DNA of 64,000 nt from Anaerolineales bacterium (GCA_049516595.1 JBEKSY010000013.1:11475-75474), one strand, 5' to 3'; numbered from the stretch's first letter, positions 1 to 9,255 are shown. Translations and numbers: made by a program. The notes: generated by a model not told the origin, from the letters alone.

Positions 1-602
1 CGGAAGGAGAACGTGCAAGCGGGGTCGCCGCGGGCGCGGCAAGCGGTCTCTTCAACAAGAAAGTGCTTTCCGCCACTGATCCAAGCCAAGCCCTCCTGCA
101 GGGAACCGATGGCCATGTGGCAGCATGGATCGTGCGTCTCGCGGCCCCAGCAGTGGGGACAAAGTTCGTTGATCCACAGAAGGTGATCGTTCTTCCGCTC
201 GATCTGGACGTGCTGGTCGGTGTAGCGGTTGAGCAGCCCCGAGAGCAATTCCGCTCCCCGGGTGATCCGGCGGGAAAGCGGAAGCACGCGGATGGCGCTC
301 AACTCGCGCGTGGCCCGCGGGTGACGGGCTAGCGTGCACAGCCCTTGGCGCAAGGAGAGTCTTCCGGCGCGTTGGCTCAACCCGCGTCCGGTTTGCATTC
401 CGTAAACCTCGTCGATCGCGCACTCCAGCGACGCCAGCGTTTCAAAGGAGATGTCCGCTCCCCAGCCTTCTGCAGGTAGGGCACGGAGGCCAGTGTCCCA
501 GCCGGCCTGGAACACCACACGGCTCAGCCCCTCTCGTCCCAGCACCTCCCCAAATGCTTGAAGAATGACACGGCCCAGTTGATCTGGATAGGCGTACTTC
601 AT
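1..602 (-). CDS. V4R (4-vinyl reductase) domain protein, 3' end runs off the window
   Basis: Hand translation (absent from ORF track): MKYAYPDQLGRVILQAFGEVLG...YGMQTGRGLSQRAG...CPHCWGRETHDPCCH...VEETACRARGDPACTF. The E-x2-C-x3-G-x3-C-x-F end is the V4R signature; GGAG RBS upstream. Confidence 0.85.
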   Translation of the reverse strand, partial: MKYAYPDQLGRVILQAFGEVLGREGLSRVVFQAGWDTGLRALPAEGWGADISFETLASLECAIDEVYGMQTGRGLSQRAGRLSLRQGLCTLARHPRATRELSAIRVLPLSRRITRGAELLSGLLNRYTDQHVQIERKNDHLLWINELCPHCWGRETHDPCCHMAIGSLQEGLAWISGGKHFLVEETACRARGDPACTFSF

Positions 603-635
603 ATGGGTCGACTCCGCCCCCTGCCTTGAGACAGT

Positions 636-1187
636 CTAGGGTTTCGGCGATTCCTGCTTTATTTCCGCCAGGATGCAGTCCAGAAGTTCGAGAAGTACGG
701 TTTTCACCATTTCCCGGTCCGTGGCAACGCATTTCACGCAAGGGATGTCGGAATCCAGGCGCAGCGCGATTCGCAGGTCCTCGACCGACCAAGCATCCTC
801 TTGATCCTGCTTGTTGGCCGCTACGACAAAGGGCGTGGGGGCGTAGGCCCGAAAGGTTTCCATGATGTAGCGCGCCTCCCGGAACGTTTCCGGCCGAGTG
901 CTGTCGATAATTACCACAAACCCCAACATCCCTTCCGAAAGAATTTCCCACATGAAATCGAAACGCTTTTGGCCGGGTGTGCCGAACAGGAAAAGGACCA
1001 GGTCCTGGTCGACCGTGATGCGGCCGAAGTCCATGGCGACCGTCGTGGTTTCCTTGACGCGCTCGGTGGCCGACGAAATCTTGCGCTCGGTGGACACCAC
1101 GCTGATCTCGCTGACGGCCCGGATGAAGGCCGTCTTGCCAGAGTTAAACGGGCCGGTCACCACCATCTTCACGGTCTGCGGCGGCAC
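636..1187 (-). CDS. Small Ras-like GTPase (MglA/CvnD-type ATP/GTP-binding protein)
   Basis: G1 GPFNSGKT, G2 TTTVAMDFG, G3 GTPGQKRF, G4 NKQD. Confidence 0.9.
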   Translation of the reverse strand: MPPQTVKMVVTGPFNSGKTAFIRAVSEISVVSTERKISSATERVKETTTVAMDFGRITVDQDLVLFLFGTPGQKRFDFMWEILSEGMLGFVVIIDSTRPETFREARYIMETFRAYAPTPFVVAANKQDQEDAWSVEDLRIALRLDSDIPCVKCVATDREMVKTVLLELLDCILAEIKQESPKP

Positions 1188-1196
1188 TCAAAGACC

Positions 1197-2012
1197 TCAC
1201 AGAGAGCGGATGCGTCCGATCAGGCGATTGATGAGGGATGCCTGCTCGGGAGTTTTCGGAATCGGAGTGATACGGGGGGCGGCCGGTGAGGTGTCGCCCT
1301 GCAGGCGGACCACCTCCACCACCCCAGCCTGCATCAGACCGTAAACAATCCGCCGGATTTCTACATCGCTCAGCCGATTGGTGCGAGCGATTTGGCGTAT
1401 GGTGTTCTTGGGGTTCACGTAGGAGACTACCCGCCATTCCTCGACCGTCAGATTAATGCCGCGCAATCGCGAATCCGGCCGATCCGTGAATTTCAAGGCG
1501 AGATCAAGGTTGGGGATTTCTTCTTGGAGCGTCTCCCACTCTTTCATCCGGCGTGCGCCCTCCAGGATCAGGTTCTCCAGATTCAGGTGCACGGTGATGC
1601 GGTCGTCGGGTGGAAGGACGCCGTTGAAGAATTGGAAGGATCCCTCACTCCAGGTGAATAGTCTCAGAACGAGATCTGTGATGTACTGCTGAACGGCCTG
1701 AACGATGGTCGGCTGGTTGAGATAGCCTGTGTGGATCAGCAGCAGGCCCAACTCTTTGTCGTTGTTGGCCTGCGGCCGAGTCATCAGGAGCCGCGCCTGT
1801 TCCTCCGTCAAGTGCTTGGTCTGCCGCAAGATCGACACTAGATGGCCGTCGGTCACGCCGCCCTGGCCATAGATCAGCTTGCCCTCCGAGAAGGAAAGGC
1901 TGGCCTGATCGTTTGTCCCGTGAACGGTCAAGGTTCCGGTCTTATGGGCCAGATGAACTAGATTGAGGAGTTGAGTAAGGCTGAAATCGTGCAGGTCGCC
2001 CTTAAGGGCCAT
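1197..2012 (-). CDS. DUF4388 (PATAN-like) domain protein with C-terminal winged-helix
   Basis: N-terminus MALKGDLHDFSLTQLLNLVHLAHKTGTL, WSEGSFQF, and a wHTH-like segment LTVEEWRVVSYVN...IVYGLMQAGVVE. Confidence 0.85.
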   Translation of the reverse strand: MALKGDLHDFSLTQLLNLVHLAHKTGTLTVHGTNDQASLSFSEGKLIYGQGGVTDGHLVSILRQTKHLTEEQARLLMTRPQANNDKELGLLLIHTGYLNQPTIVQAVQQYITDLVLRLFTWSEGSFQFFNGVLPPDDRITVHLNLENLILEGARRMKEWETLQEEIPNLDLALKFTDRPDSRLRGINLTVEEWRVVSYVNPKNTIRQIARTNRLSDVEIRRIVYGLMQAGVVEVVRLQGDTSPAAPRITPIPKTPEQASLINRLIGRIRSL

Positions 2013-2083
2013 TCTTCGTTATCCGTTGCAAGGGGGGAACCATCGGCAACTAGGAAAGCGCTTCCCAAAAGGGAAGCGGGAGA

Positions 2084-2112
2084 ATTATAAGCTCGCGGGT
2101 GAGGGCAGTCAA
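2084..2112 (-). promoter_or_regulatory. Sigma70-type promoter for the DUF4388-GTPase-V4R operon
   Basis: Minus strand TTGACT-N17-TATAAT. Confidence 0.7.
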
Positions 2113-2240
2113 ACCGAATCAGGACCGTCAAGTCATGGCGGATGAAATGGATGGGGAGAACCTCGGATGCCCTGGGCCGCCTTGTCCTTGGAGAGAACCC
2201 GATTCCCGGCCGGACCCGATCATGTGACGAATGTGGCGGT

Positions 2241-2269
2241 TTGACAAGGGAATCCTAAGCTGATACAAT
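2241..2269 (+). promoter_or_regulatory. Sigma70-type promoter of rplU-rpmA-rpmE
   Basis: TTGACA-N17-TACAAT with extended -10 TG. Confidence 0.8.
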
Positions 2270-2376
2270 GCGTCCGGTTGCCCCGGCGAAAGGTGCTGGG
2301 GCATCCGTTCGCCTACTCTTCCCCGGCGGCCGAGCCTATGGGCGTGACCCCGGAAAAGTGAAGGAGAGCCCTCGCC

Positions 2377-2730
2377 ATGAAGTATGCCATCGTCCAGAGC
2401 GGCGGGAAGCAGTATCGGGCCGTTGAAGGCGCGACCATCGAAGTCGATCGCCTCTCCGTCGAATTGGGGGCCAGCCTCAAATTGGAGGAAGTGCTTCTCG
2501 TTGCGGATGGAGGGAAGATCGAGGTGGGTGCCCCCTATGTGAAAGGGGCGGTGGTGAGCACGAGCGTCCTCGAGCATGTGCGCGCTCCGAAAGTGCGGGT
2601 CTTCAAGTACAAGCCCAAGATGAGGTATCGGGTTCACCAGGGGCATCGTCAGAACTATACCCGCCTGCGCATCGAGGAGATCACGCGAGGCGCCGCCCGC
2701 AAGGCTACGAAGAAGACCGCCGAGGCATAA
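2377..2730 (+). CDS. rplU: 50S ribosomal protein L21
   Basis: MKYAIVQSGGKQY...GHRQNYTRLRI. Confidence 0.97.
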   Translation: MKYAIVQSGGKQYRAVEGATIEVDRLSVELGASLKLEEVLLVADGGKIEVGAPYVKGAVVSTSVLEHVRAPKVRVFKYKPKMRYRVHQGHRQNYTRLRIEEITRGAARKATKKTAEA

Positions 2731-2775
2731 ACCCCCGAGGGGGTAGGCGGGGAATCACCAGAAGGGAAGGTCCGA

Positions 2776-3042
2776 ATGGCTCACAAGAAGGGTGCCGGAT
2801 CGAGCCGCAACGGGAGAGACAGCCGCGGTCAACGGCTGGGGGTGAAGCAGTACGGGGGTCAACGGGTGCGAGCGGGAAGCATTCTCGTGCGTCAGCGCGG
2901 GACTCGTATCCATCCCGGGCTCAATGTGGCCCGCGGAAAGGATGACACGCTGTTTGCGACAGCGGACGGAGAGGTCCGATTTGACCTGACCACAGGCGGC
3001 CGAAAACGGGTCAACGTCTTGCCGATGGAAGGTCAACCTTGA
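2776..3042 (+). CDS. rpmA: 50S ribosomal protein L27
   Basis: [16 protein letters not shown]...RLGVK...ILVRQRGT. Short N-terminus and no intervening prp gene. Confidence 0.97.
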   Translation: MAHKKGAGSSRNGRDSRGQRLGVKQYGGQRVRAGSILVRQRGTRIHPGLNVARGKDDTLFATADGEVRFDLTTGGRKRVNVLPMEGQP

Positions 3043-3128
3043 TCCAAGTGACGATAGGGGACTCGAACTGCACCCCGGGCGTTCAAGCCGCCTCGCCCAC
3101 GGAGTAACGACCGGGGAAAGGATGTGGC

Positions 3129-3605
3129 ATGAAGGCGGGTATTCATCCAACTTATTATCCCAATGCGACGGTCATTTGCGCCTGTGGAAATACCTGGCAC
3201 ACAGGCTCAACCGTGGAGGTTATCCACACCGACATTTGCTCCAAATGCCACCCGTTGTTCACGGGCGAGCAGCGGATTGTCGACACGGAAGGGCAAGTTG
3301 ACCGGTTCTATCGCAAGCTTGAGGCGCGCTCCGCCTATCTGGCCGAGAAGGAAGCCCGTGACACAGCCCGCACCTCCCCCGACCAACCGCTGGCCACGCT
3401 TGAGCTCAGCGACCGGATCGTGAACACCCTGTCCCGTGCCGGAATCAACACGATCGCTCAGGCTCTCTCCAAACTCGAGGAGAGCGATGATGCGATTCTT
3501 GCCGTCGATGGATTCGGGCGCAAGAGCCTGATCGACCTCAAGAAGCGGCTTCGCCAACGCGGCTTCCCTCTTCCCGGCGAAGAGGCTCCGGCGACTCCCG
3601 AGTAG
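3129..3605 (+). CDS. rpmE: 50S ribosomal protein L31 (Zn-binding type) fused to a C-terminal RNA polymerase alpha-CTD-like HhH domain
   Basis: MKAGIHPTY..CACG..CSKCHPLFTG..VDTEGQVDRF, followed by LELSDRIVNTLSRAGINTI...GFGRKSLIDLKKRL. Confidence 0.92.
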   Translation: MKAGIHPTYYPNATVICACGNTWHTGSTVEVIHTDICSKCHPLFTGEQRIVDTEGQVDRFYRKLEARSAYLAEKEARDTARTSPDQPLATLELSDRIVNTLSRAGINTIAQALSKLEESDDAILAVDGFGRKSLIDLKKRLRQRGFPLPGEEAPATPE

Positions 3606-3625
3606 CCTGAGGGCCCAGTCGATGG

Positions 3626-3660
3626 AAAGGGGCGATTCCTTGGAATCGCCCCTTTTTGTT
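3626..3660 (+). terminator. Intrinsic terminator after rpmE
   Basis: AAAGGGGCGATTCC-TT-GGAATCGCCCCTTT followed by TTGTT. Confidence 0.85.
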
Positions 3661-3758
3661 CTCCTTCAGGATTGCCCATCTTTTTGTGAAACGGTGGAGT
3701 CTGAGGTAGACTCATCGCCGACATTCCGCGACAGGATCACACCGTTCTCGGAGGAAGG

Positions 3759-4328
3759 ATGCCAAAGGACGGCTCTATCGAGGTCATCACCGGGTCCATG
3801 TTCAGCGGGAAAACAGACGAATTGATCCGGCGCCTGAGGCGAGCACGCATTGCCCACCAGAAAATCCAAGTATTCAAACCCGAATTGGATACCCGCTTCA
3901 GCACGGGCAAAGTCACGTCCCACGCGGGCACCGATTTCGACGCCACGGCAGTGAAGTCGGCTCGGGAGATACTAGCGCTCCTGGATGAGGATACGACGGT
4001 AGTGGCGATCGACGAGGCCCAGTTCTTTGACGATGAGATCATTCCGGTCGCGGAGCGGCTGGCGGACTCGGGATTGCGCCTCGTCGTCGCGGGGCTCGAT
4101 ACCGACTTTCGCGGGGAACCCTTCGGCCCCATGCCGACCTTGATGGCGCAGGCGGAGATCGTGGACAAGTTGCATGCCATCTGCATGGTCTGCGGAGCGT
4201 CCGCGGCCCGCACGCAGAGGCTGATCAACGGCAAGCCGGCGCGATACTTCGATCCCGTGGTCGCTGTGGGTGCCAGCGAGCTCTATGAGGCCCGCTGCCG
4301 CGCTCATCACCAGGTTCCCCGCGAATGA
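3759..4328 (+). CDS. tdk: Thymidine kinase
   Basis: [31 protein letters not shown]...YEARCR. Confidence 0.96.
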   Translation: MPKDGSIEVITGSMFSGKTDELIRRLRRARIAHQKIQVFKPELDTRFSTGKVTSHAGTDFDATAVKSAREILALLDEDTTVVAIDEAQFFDDEIIPVAERLADSGLRLVVAGLDTDFRGEPFGPMPTLMAQAEIVDKLHAICMVCGASAARTQRLINGKPARYFDPVVAVGASELYEARCRAHHQVPRE

Positions 4329-4891
4329 TTGCCTCCGACTATCACGACTACCTTGAGCAGATCCTGATCTCCTCTGAGCAGATCCAGGCTAGGGTGGCAG
4401 AGCTTGGCGCGCAGGTCAGCCGCGACTATGCAGGTCTCGACCTGCTTCTGATTTGTATCCTGCGCGGGGGAGTGTTGTTCCTCTCGGACCTGATGCGGCA
4501 CATCACCGTGCCGCATGGCGTTGACTTTATGGCCCTCGCCTCTTATGGCTCGGGCGCGCGCCAGTCGTCCGGGCAAGTGAGAATCACGCTCGACCTGAGC
4601 ACCTCCATCGCCAGTCGGGATGTCCTGATTGTGGAGGACATCATTGACAGTGGGCACACGCTGACCTCGGTCATGGAGTTCTTGCGAACCCGATATCCGC
4701 GGAGCTTGGAGGTCTGCGTCTTGCTTGACAAGGCGGAGCGCCGGGAGGTGCAAGTCCCCCTTCGCTACCGGGGTTTCGTGATCCCCAACAAGTTCGTTTT
4801 CGGGTATGGCCTGGACCTCGACGAGTATTACCGCAATCTTCCATTCATCGGTGTGGTGCGCGCGGACAAGCTTGCTACCTTTTCCAGGTGA
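4325..4891 (+). CDS. hpt: Hypoxanthine phosphoribosyltransferase
   Basis: PRPP loop [10 protein letters not shown]; FVFGYGLD...YRNLPFIG; ATGA overlap with tdk. Confidence 0.95.
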   Translation: MIASDYHDYLEQILISSEQIQARVAELGAQVSRDYAGLDLLLICILRGGVLFLSDLMRHITVPHGVDFMALASYGSGARQSSGQVRITLDLSTSIASRDVLIVEDIIDSGHTLTSVMEFLRTRYPRSLEVCVLLDKAERREVQVPLRYRGFVIPNKFVFGYGLDLDEYYRNLPFIGVVRADKLATFSR

Positions 4892-5035
4892 CCAGGAGGG
4901 CAACGGGCGGCTCGCCGGTGAAGGAGATGACCGGGTCGAGCAGCGCAGAGCATGTGAGCTGGGCGGGATCGGTTGCGCTGAAGCCCGTTCTTTTCGGATG
5001 ACATTGAGCCGCGGGATCTTTTCGGGTTGTAGCCC

Positions 5036-6568
5036 ATGAAGCCCGCTAACCCTCCCCCGACCGCCTTTCCCCTGCGGTTGCCTCCCTTCTTCGACGAGAC
5101 GGCTGTTGGACAGTTCATTCGCGGTCGGACCCTGTACCTGGTAGGGGGTGCGGTGCGAGACCTTCTCCTTGGGCGAGCGGCCTATGACCTCGACTTCGCC
5201 ACGGAGGAGAGCGGCCTCCAGATCGGGCGAAGGGTTGCCGAGGCACTGCAGGCCCACTTTTACGCCCTCGATGCCGAGCGAGATGTAGGGCGAGTACTGG
5301 TCACGCGAGAGAACCGCCGTTGGACCCTTGACTTTGCCTCTCTGCGAGGGCTGACCATCGAGGAGGACTTGAGAGCCAGGGATTTCGCCATCAACTCTAT
5401 GGCGATCCCCGTCCATTCCCCTCCGCGCCTCATCGATCCGCTGGGGGGGGAAAGCGATCTCCGCGACCATCTGCTCCGGGCCAGCTCGCCGTCGGCTATC
5501 TCCGACGATCCTGTTCGGTCTGTGCGTGCGGTGCGCCTCGCCGTCCAGCTCGGCCTGCGAATGGAGCGGGAAACCCGCGAACAAGTGCGGTCCGGGGCCA
5601 GCCAACTAGGAGCGATTGCCCCCGAGCGTTTGCGGGATGAATTCTTTCGGATCCTGAACGGCCCCAAGGTCGCCGCGGCGATCCGCACCCTGATGTCTCT
5701 CCGCCTGCTTCCCGCCATGGTGCCCGAAGTGGTTGGACTGGATACGATTGTTCAACCTCCGCCGCACGTCCATGATGTGTGGAATCATACCCTGCTACTC
5801 ATGGATCGCTTGGAGCTCCTTCTTGCGGTTCTGGGCCCAATGCCCGAAGAAGAGGCTTCGGCGGACCTGATCCTGGGCTTGGCCTCCTTGCGCCTCGGGC
5901 GGTACCGAGAGCGAATTGGCGGTCATTTGCAGGGGAGGCTCGCTGACGAACGGCCCGTGCGTGGTCTTCTATTCCTCTCTGGGCTTCTGCACGATGCCGG
6001 CAAATCGGAAACGTCCTCCGCGAGAATCTCGGGGGCTGGTTCTTTCAGCGGGCATGAGGAGCTGGGGGGCGCATGGGCGCTTCATCGGGCCTTGGCCCTG
6101 CGGTTTTCCAAGGAAGAGGCCGAGCGGATCACCCGCACAGTGCGAGGGCACATGCGTCCCTTGCAGCTGTTGCGAGTAGGCGAGGTGTCGCCTCTCGCAG
6201 TGTACCGCTACTACCGCAGTCTGGGCCCTGCTGGGGTTGACGTAAGCCTGCTGTCTCTCGCGGACTTTCTCGCCACCTACGGCACGACACTCCCGCAGCA
6301 GGCGTGGGCATCCTTGCTCGATGTGGTCCGGACGCTCCTGGAGGGCTACTTTGAACGACGCACGGAGATCGTTGAGCCCCCGCCCTATGTCAACGGCGAT
6401 GAGCTGATGGCCACGCTCGGCCTCCGTCCTGGGCCTCAGGTGGGCGAGCTGCTCGAGGCGCTGCGGGAGGCCCAAGTTGCCGGCGAGGTGAGCTCCAAGG
6501 GCGAGGCCCTGTCCTTTGCCCGCGGTCGACTGGGCCTTGCGGGTGCGACCACCGCCATCAGCCAATAG
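5036..6568 (+). CDS. Class II tRNA nucleotidyltransferase with HD domain (probably CC-adding type)
   Basis: VGGAVRDLLLG..DLDF, EDLRARDFAINSMA, DPLGG..DL, DDPVRSVRAVR, LLHDAGK. Confidence 0.88.
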   Translation: MKPANPPPTAFPLRLPPFFDETAVGQFIRGRTLYLVGGAVRDLLLGRAAYDLDFATEESGLQIGRRVAEALQAHFYALDAERDVGRVLVTRENRRWTLDFASLRGLTIEEDLRARDFAINSMAIPVHSPPRLIDPLGGESDLRDHLLRASSPSAISDDPVRSVRAVRLAVQLGLRMERETREQVRSGASQLGAIAPERLRDEFFRILNGPKVAAAIRTLMSLRLLPAMVPEVVGLDTIVQPPPHVHDVWNHTLLLMDRLELLLAVLGPMPEEEASADLILGLASLRLGRYRERIGGHLQGRLADERPVRGLLFLSGLLHDAGKSETSSARISGAGSFSGHEELGGAWALHRALALRFSKEEAERITRTVRGHMRPLQLLRVGEVSPLAVYRYYRSLGPAGVDVSLLSLADFLATYGTTLPQQAWASLLDVVRTLLEGYFERRTEIVEPPPYVNGDELMATLGLRPGPQVGELLEALREAQVAGEVSSKGEALSFARGRLGLAGATTAISQ

Positions 6569-6687
6569 GCGGGTATCGCCAGGCCGTGATGACCCAGGCC
6601 ATCCTGGGAGAAGTCAAAGCAAGAGCTCTGCAGGAGGACGAGGCGGCCCAACGGGGGATCAGGCTAACCCTTTTCGGTAAGGGGGGT

Positions 6688-7659
6688 TCAGTCGCCGTCG
6701 CCTACCGACTCCTCTCCCTCCTCCTGGAGTGAAAAGGCTTTCACTTTCACGAGCTCGAGCATCCTCTGGATATCCTCAAGCCGACACTCCGCTGTGGCCT
6801 CGGTCGCCACGACCGCCGCCGCCGCCGCGAACCCCTGACGGAGCCCCTCCTCCAAGGGGCGCTGATTCGCGAGGGCAAATGCCAATCCGGCCAGGATGCC
6901 GTCTCCGGCCCCTGCGGTGCTTACCACCGGCACAGAGGGTGTTTGAACGCGCAGGACTCGGTCCCCCAGTGCGGCCAGCCCGCCTCGCGGTCCTAGGCTC
7001 ACCACCACCCAGCTCTGGTTCTGTTTTCGGACCTGCTCGCATGCCTCATAGACCTCTCGCAAGCTGGACAGGTGGCTGCCGATCAGGACCTCCAACTCGT
7101 GCTTGTTCGGCTTCACGATGGTCGGATGGCCGGCGAGTCCCGCTGTCAGGGGCGCTCCTTCGGCATCGAGAATGAAGGGAACCCTTCGGTCCCTTGCTTC
7201 CCGCGCGCGCTCGGCATAGAAATCCACGCCCAGGCCAGCAGGCAGTGTGCCTCCCGCGACGACGCAGCTCGCGCCTTCGAGGGCCCGCCGATAACGCTCG
7301 ATCAGGATGGCCGAATCGGTTTCTCTTAGTTTGAGGGTGTCGGCCGAGATTGTGCTCTGTCCCGATCCATCCTCACAAACCAGCACGATGTTCGTGCGCG
7401 TCTCCCCGTCCACCCAGATGAAGTCGGGTATCACCCCTTTGACCTTTAGAAGCCTCTGGAGCTGACGACCCGTGGGCCCGGCTGAAAAACCCAGGGCCAG
7501 GCTTGGCAGACCCATCTCCGCTAGGATCCACGAGGCATCCGCGCCCTTTCCTCCCGGTCCGAGAGCCGAACGAGAGGCGCGGATTGCGCGGTTGGGGCTC
7601 CATCTGGGAATGAAGTAGGTCCGATCGATCGCCGGGTTGGGCGTGAGGGTGACGATCAT
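6688..7659 (-). CDS. 1-phosphofructokinase / tagatose-6-phosphate kinase family (PfkB) hexose kinase
   Basis: VTLTPNPAID, GGKG, KPNKHE, STAGAGDG. Confidence 0.9.
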   Translation of the reverse strand: MIVTLTPNPAIDRTYFIPRWSPNRAIRASRSALGPGGKGADASWILAEMGLPSLALGFSAGPTGRQLQRLLKVKGVIPDFIWVDGETRTNIVLVCEDGSGQSTISADTLKLRETDSAILIERYRRALEGASCVVAGGTLPAGLGVDFYAERAREARDRRVPFILDAEGAPLTAGLAGHPTIVKPNKHELEVLIGSHLSSLREVYEACEQVRKQNQSWVVVSLGPRGGLAALGDRVLRVQTPSVPVVSTAGAGDGILAGLAFALANQRPLEEGLRQGFAAAAAVVATEATAECRLEDIQRMLELVKVKAFSLQEEGEESVGDGD

Positions 7660-7684
7660 CTGAACCTTGCCGCGGCCATGCGAA

Positions 7685-8359
7685 CTACTCCATTGGATAG
7701 GTCATCGAGCTTCGTTTCAAAAGCTCCTGCTGGGCCGACCGAACCCACGCCGAGCCCCCCATGAGGAGGTTCCCCAGGAGGACGCATCGTGCGTTGGTAT
7801 CCACTCGCTCGGCGACGTCCAGGGCCGCGTCCAAATCCTGGGCGACAACGAAGATCCCGTGCCAGGGCACGAGCACCGCCGCCCGCGATGGACTCTTCTG
7901 CCATTGGGTGCGAATGGCCGAGGCCACATTCTCGGCGAGTTCCCGGCTGTGGGTGGGCGCGTACTCCGCCAGTTCCACTGCGCCCAGCTTCAAGGTCGTT
8001 TCCAACACCGGCGGGATCGCTTGCCGAGTGGAGCAGAAAACCAGCACGTTGCGAGCATGGCCGTGGACGACCGCCATCCCCTCCTCGGGCATGTCGGCAT
8101 GCAGGCGGAGGTGGACCTTCACTTCGCGGGACACCTCCCCCGTCCCCTCCAGCCTTTGGCCGTGGCTATCCAGCACAAGTACCTGCTCAGGGCGGAGGTT
8201 CCAGTGATGCCGGCTTCCCGCGTAGCGAGGGGTCATGCAAATCCTCTCCCCGACGCGCGCGCTGATGTTCCCTCCCGCGGTATCAGTTAGTCCCCGCGTG
8301 TATAGGAGAGCCCCGATCTCGCAGATCTTGGCCCGGGTCAGGGTTAGCTGATCGTTCAT
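7685..8359 (-). CDS. Class II aldolase/adducin family protein
   Basis: GGNISARVG, SREVKVH, VVHGH, WHG. Start at ATG 8359 behind GGAGG; the longer ORF-track version runs through tRNA-Glu. Confidence 0.88.
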   Translation of the reverse strand: MNDQLTLTRAKICEIGALLYTRGLTDTAGGNISARVGERICMTPRYAGSRHHWNLRPEQVLVLDSHGQRLEGTGEVSREVKVHLRLHADMPEEGMAVVHGHARNVLVFCSTRQAIPPVLETTLKLGAVELAEYAPTHSRELAENVASAIRTQWQKSPSRAAVLVPWHGIFVVAQDLDAALDVAERVDTNARCVLLGNLLMGGSAWVRSAQQELLKRSSMTYPME

Positions 8360-8494
8360 CCTAGTTCCTCCCGCCCAACCTTGAGTTCCCGATTCGAAGC
8401 CGGGCACCGCAGGATATCTTCCCCCGCCGAATCCAAAATCGATTATCGACCTGCTGGAATCATTCGAGCCGCCTTTTGAGCGACTCGATCGTAG

Positions 8495-8567
8495 TGCCCC
8501 CAACGAGTTTCGAACTCGTGTTTTGGCCTTGAGAGGGCCACGTCCTGGGCCGCTAGACGATGGGGGC
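8495..8567 (-). tRNA. tRNA-Glu (CTC), CCA not encoded
   Basis: GCCCCCATCGTCTAGCGGCCCAGGACG-TGGCC-CTCTCAA-GGCCA-AAAC-ACGAGTTCGAAACTCGT-TGGGGGC-A, followed by CTA. Confidence 0.96.
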
Positions 8568-8735
8568 CCACTAAGCACTTGGATCCGATTCCTGCGCGGG
8601 CGCATTCTATCATGGTGACCCTGCAAACACCACCCTGGGAGTTGCGCCAGCCCCTCCAATCTCCGGGGGGAGGCTTCTTCCGGAGGTTCGCCTCTTGTAG
8701 GGAACCGTGCGCCCTCGCAGGAATTCTCATCTGGC

Positions 8736-8765
8736 TTGACACGACTGAGCCCGCACCAGTATAGT
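8736..8765 (+). promoter_or_regulatory. Sigma70-type promoter driving the candidate large ncRNA / cinA leader
   Basis: TTGACA-N18-TATAGT. Confidence 0.75.
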
Positions 8766-8771
8766 CTCGAG

Positions 8772-9255
8772 GCGAGGACCTTGGGGGGAGAGCCAAGTCA
8801 CCTTCTCAACCGAGAACTGAAGTTCTGTTTGACAACTGGCCCCTCGAGACCATCGCGCATAGCTTCGGATGGCCGGTATCAGATCCTTCCCTTCATCCCT
8901 TGCTTCCCCGCCGGAGGGAGATAGTCTTCCTCCTCAAGGATCTACGGATTGGACGAATACCTCCCTTGGGACGGGACGGAAGAGCCGCCAGGCTGGGACC
9001 GCGGGTCTCTCGATAGACGCCTCCGAGCTCGAAATTGCATCGGCGGTTCGGCCCTCTCCTGGGGCAGAGACAGGCGGGTACAAGGCGAGGCGTTTGACCT
9101 GCTCGGCGCCTGCGCCACCCCTCGTGGAGGCGAAGGTCGCCTTCACTGAAATCAGAGGGTAAGCCGAGGAGAGGGAGCCGTCCGCGGGACGTGAGGATTC
9201 TTCGGTCGCCCGGCTCAAGACGCTAACCGTTGTCGTCCTGCAAACGAGGTCTGAA
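8772..9255 (+). ncRNA. Candidate large structured ncRNA (family not recognised)
   Basis: Follows a strong promoter, contains no credible CDS, and has more than 10 nested helices including long-range pairs 8944-52/9223-30 and 8965-75/9209-19, plus a possible 5'/3' closing pair 8777-83/9245-51. Confidence 0.6.

Noticed and set aside
4307-5605. Long antisense ORFs (also 10732..11661, 11961..13163, 34039..35052, 61168..62271)
   Set aside because: Shadow ORFs opposite well-supported genes, expected in GC-rich DNA.
8360-8659. ORF-track N-terminal extension of the class II aldolase
   Set aside because: It runs through tRNA-Glu; a GGAGG RBS supports the ATG at 8359.
8869-9162. 97-aa ORF (and overlapping short ORFs) inside the candidate ncRNA
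   Set aside because: No RBS, Ser/Pro/Ala-rich non-globular composition, and the sequence is better explained by nested helices. Not formally excluded.
8772-9255. Identification as RNase P RNA, tmRNA, SRP RNA, 6S RNA or a group II intron remnant
   Set aside because: Diagnostic conserved sequences are absent. GAGCCG...CGGCTC at 9175-9216 lacks the domain V geometry, and the region is too long and branched for 6S.
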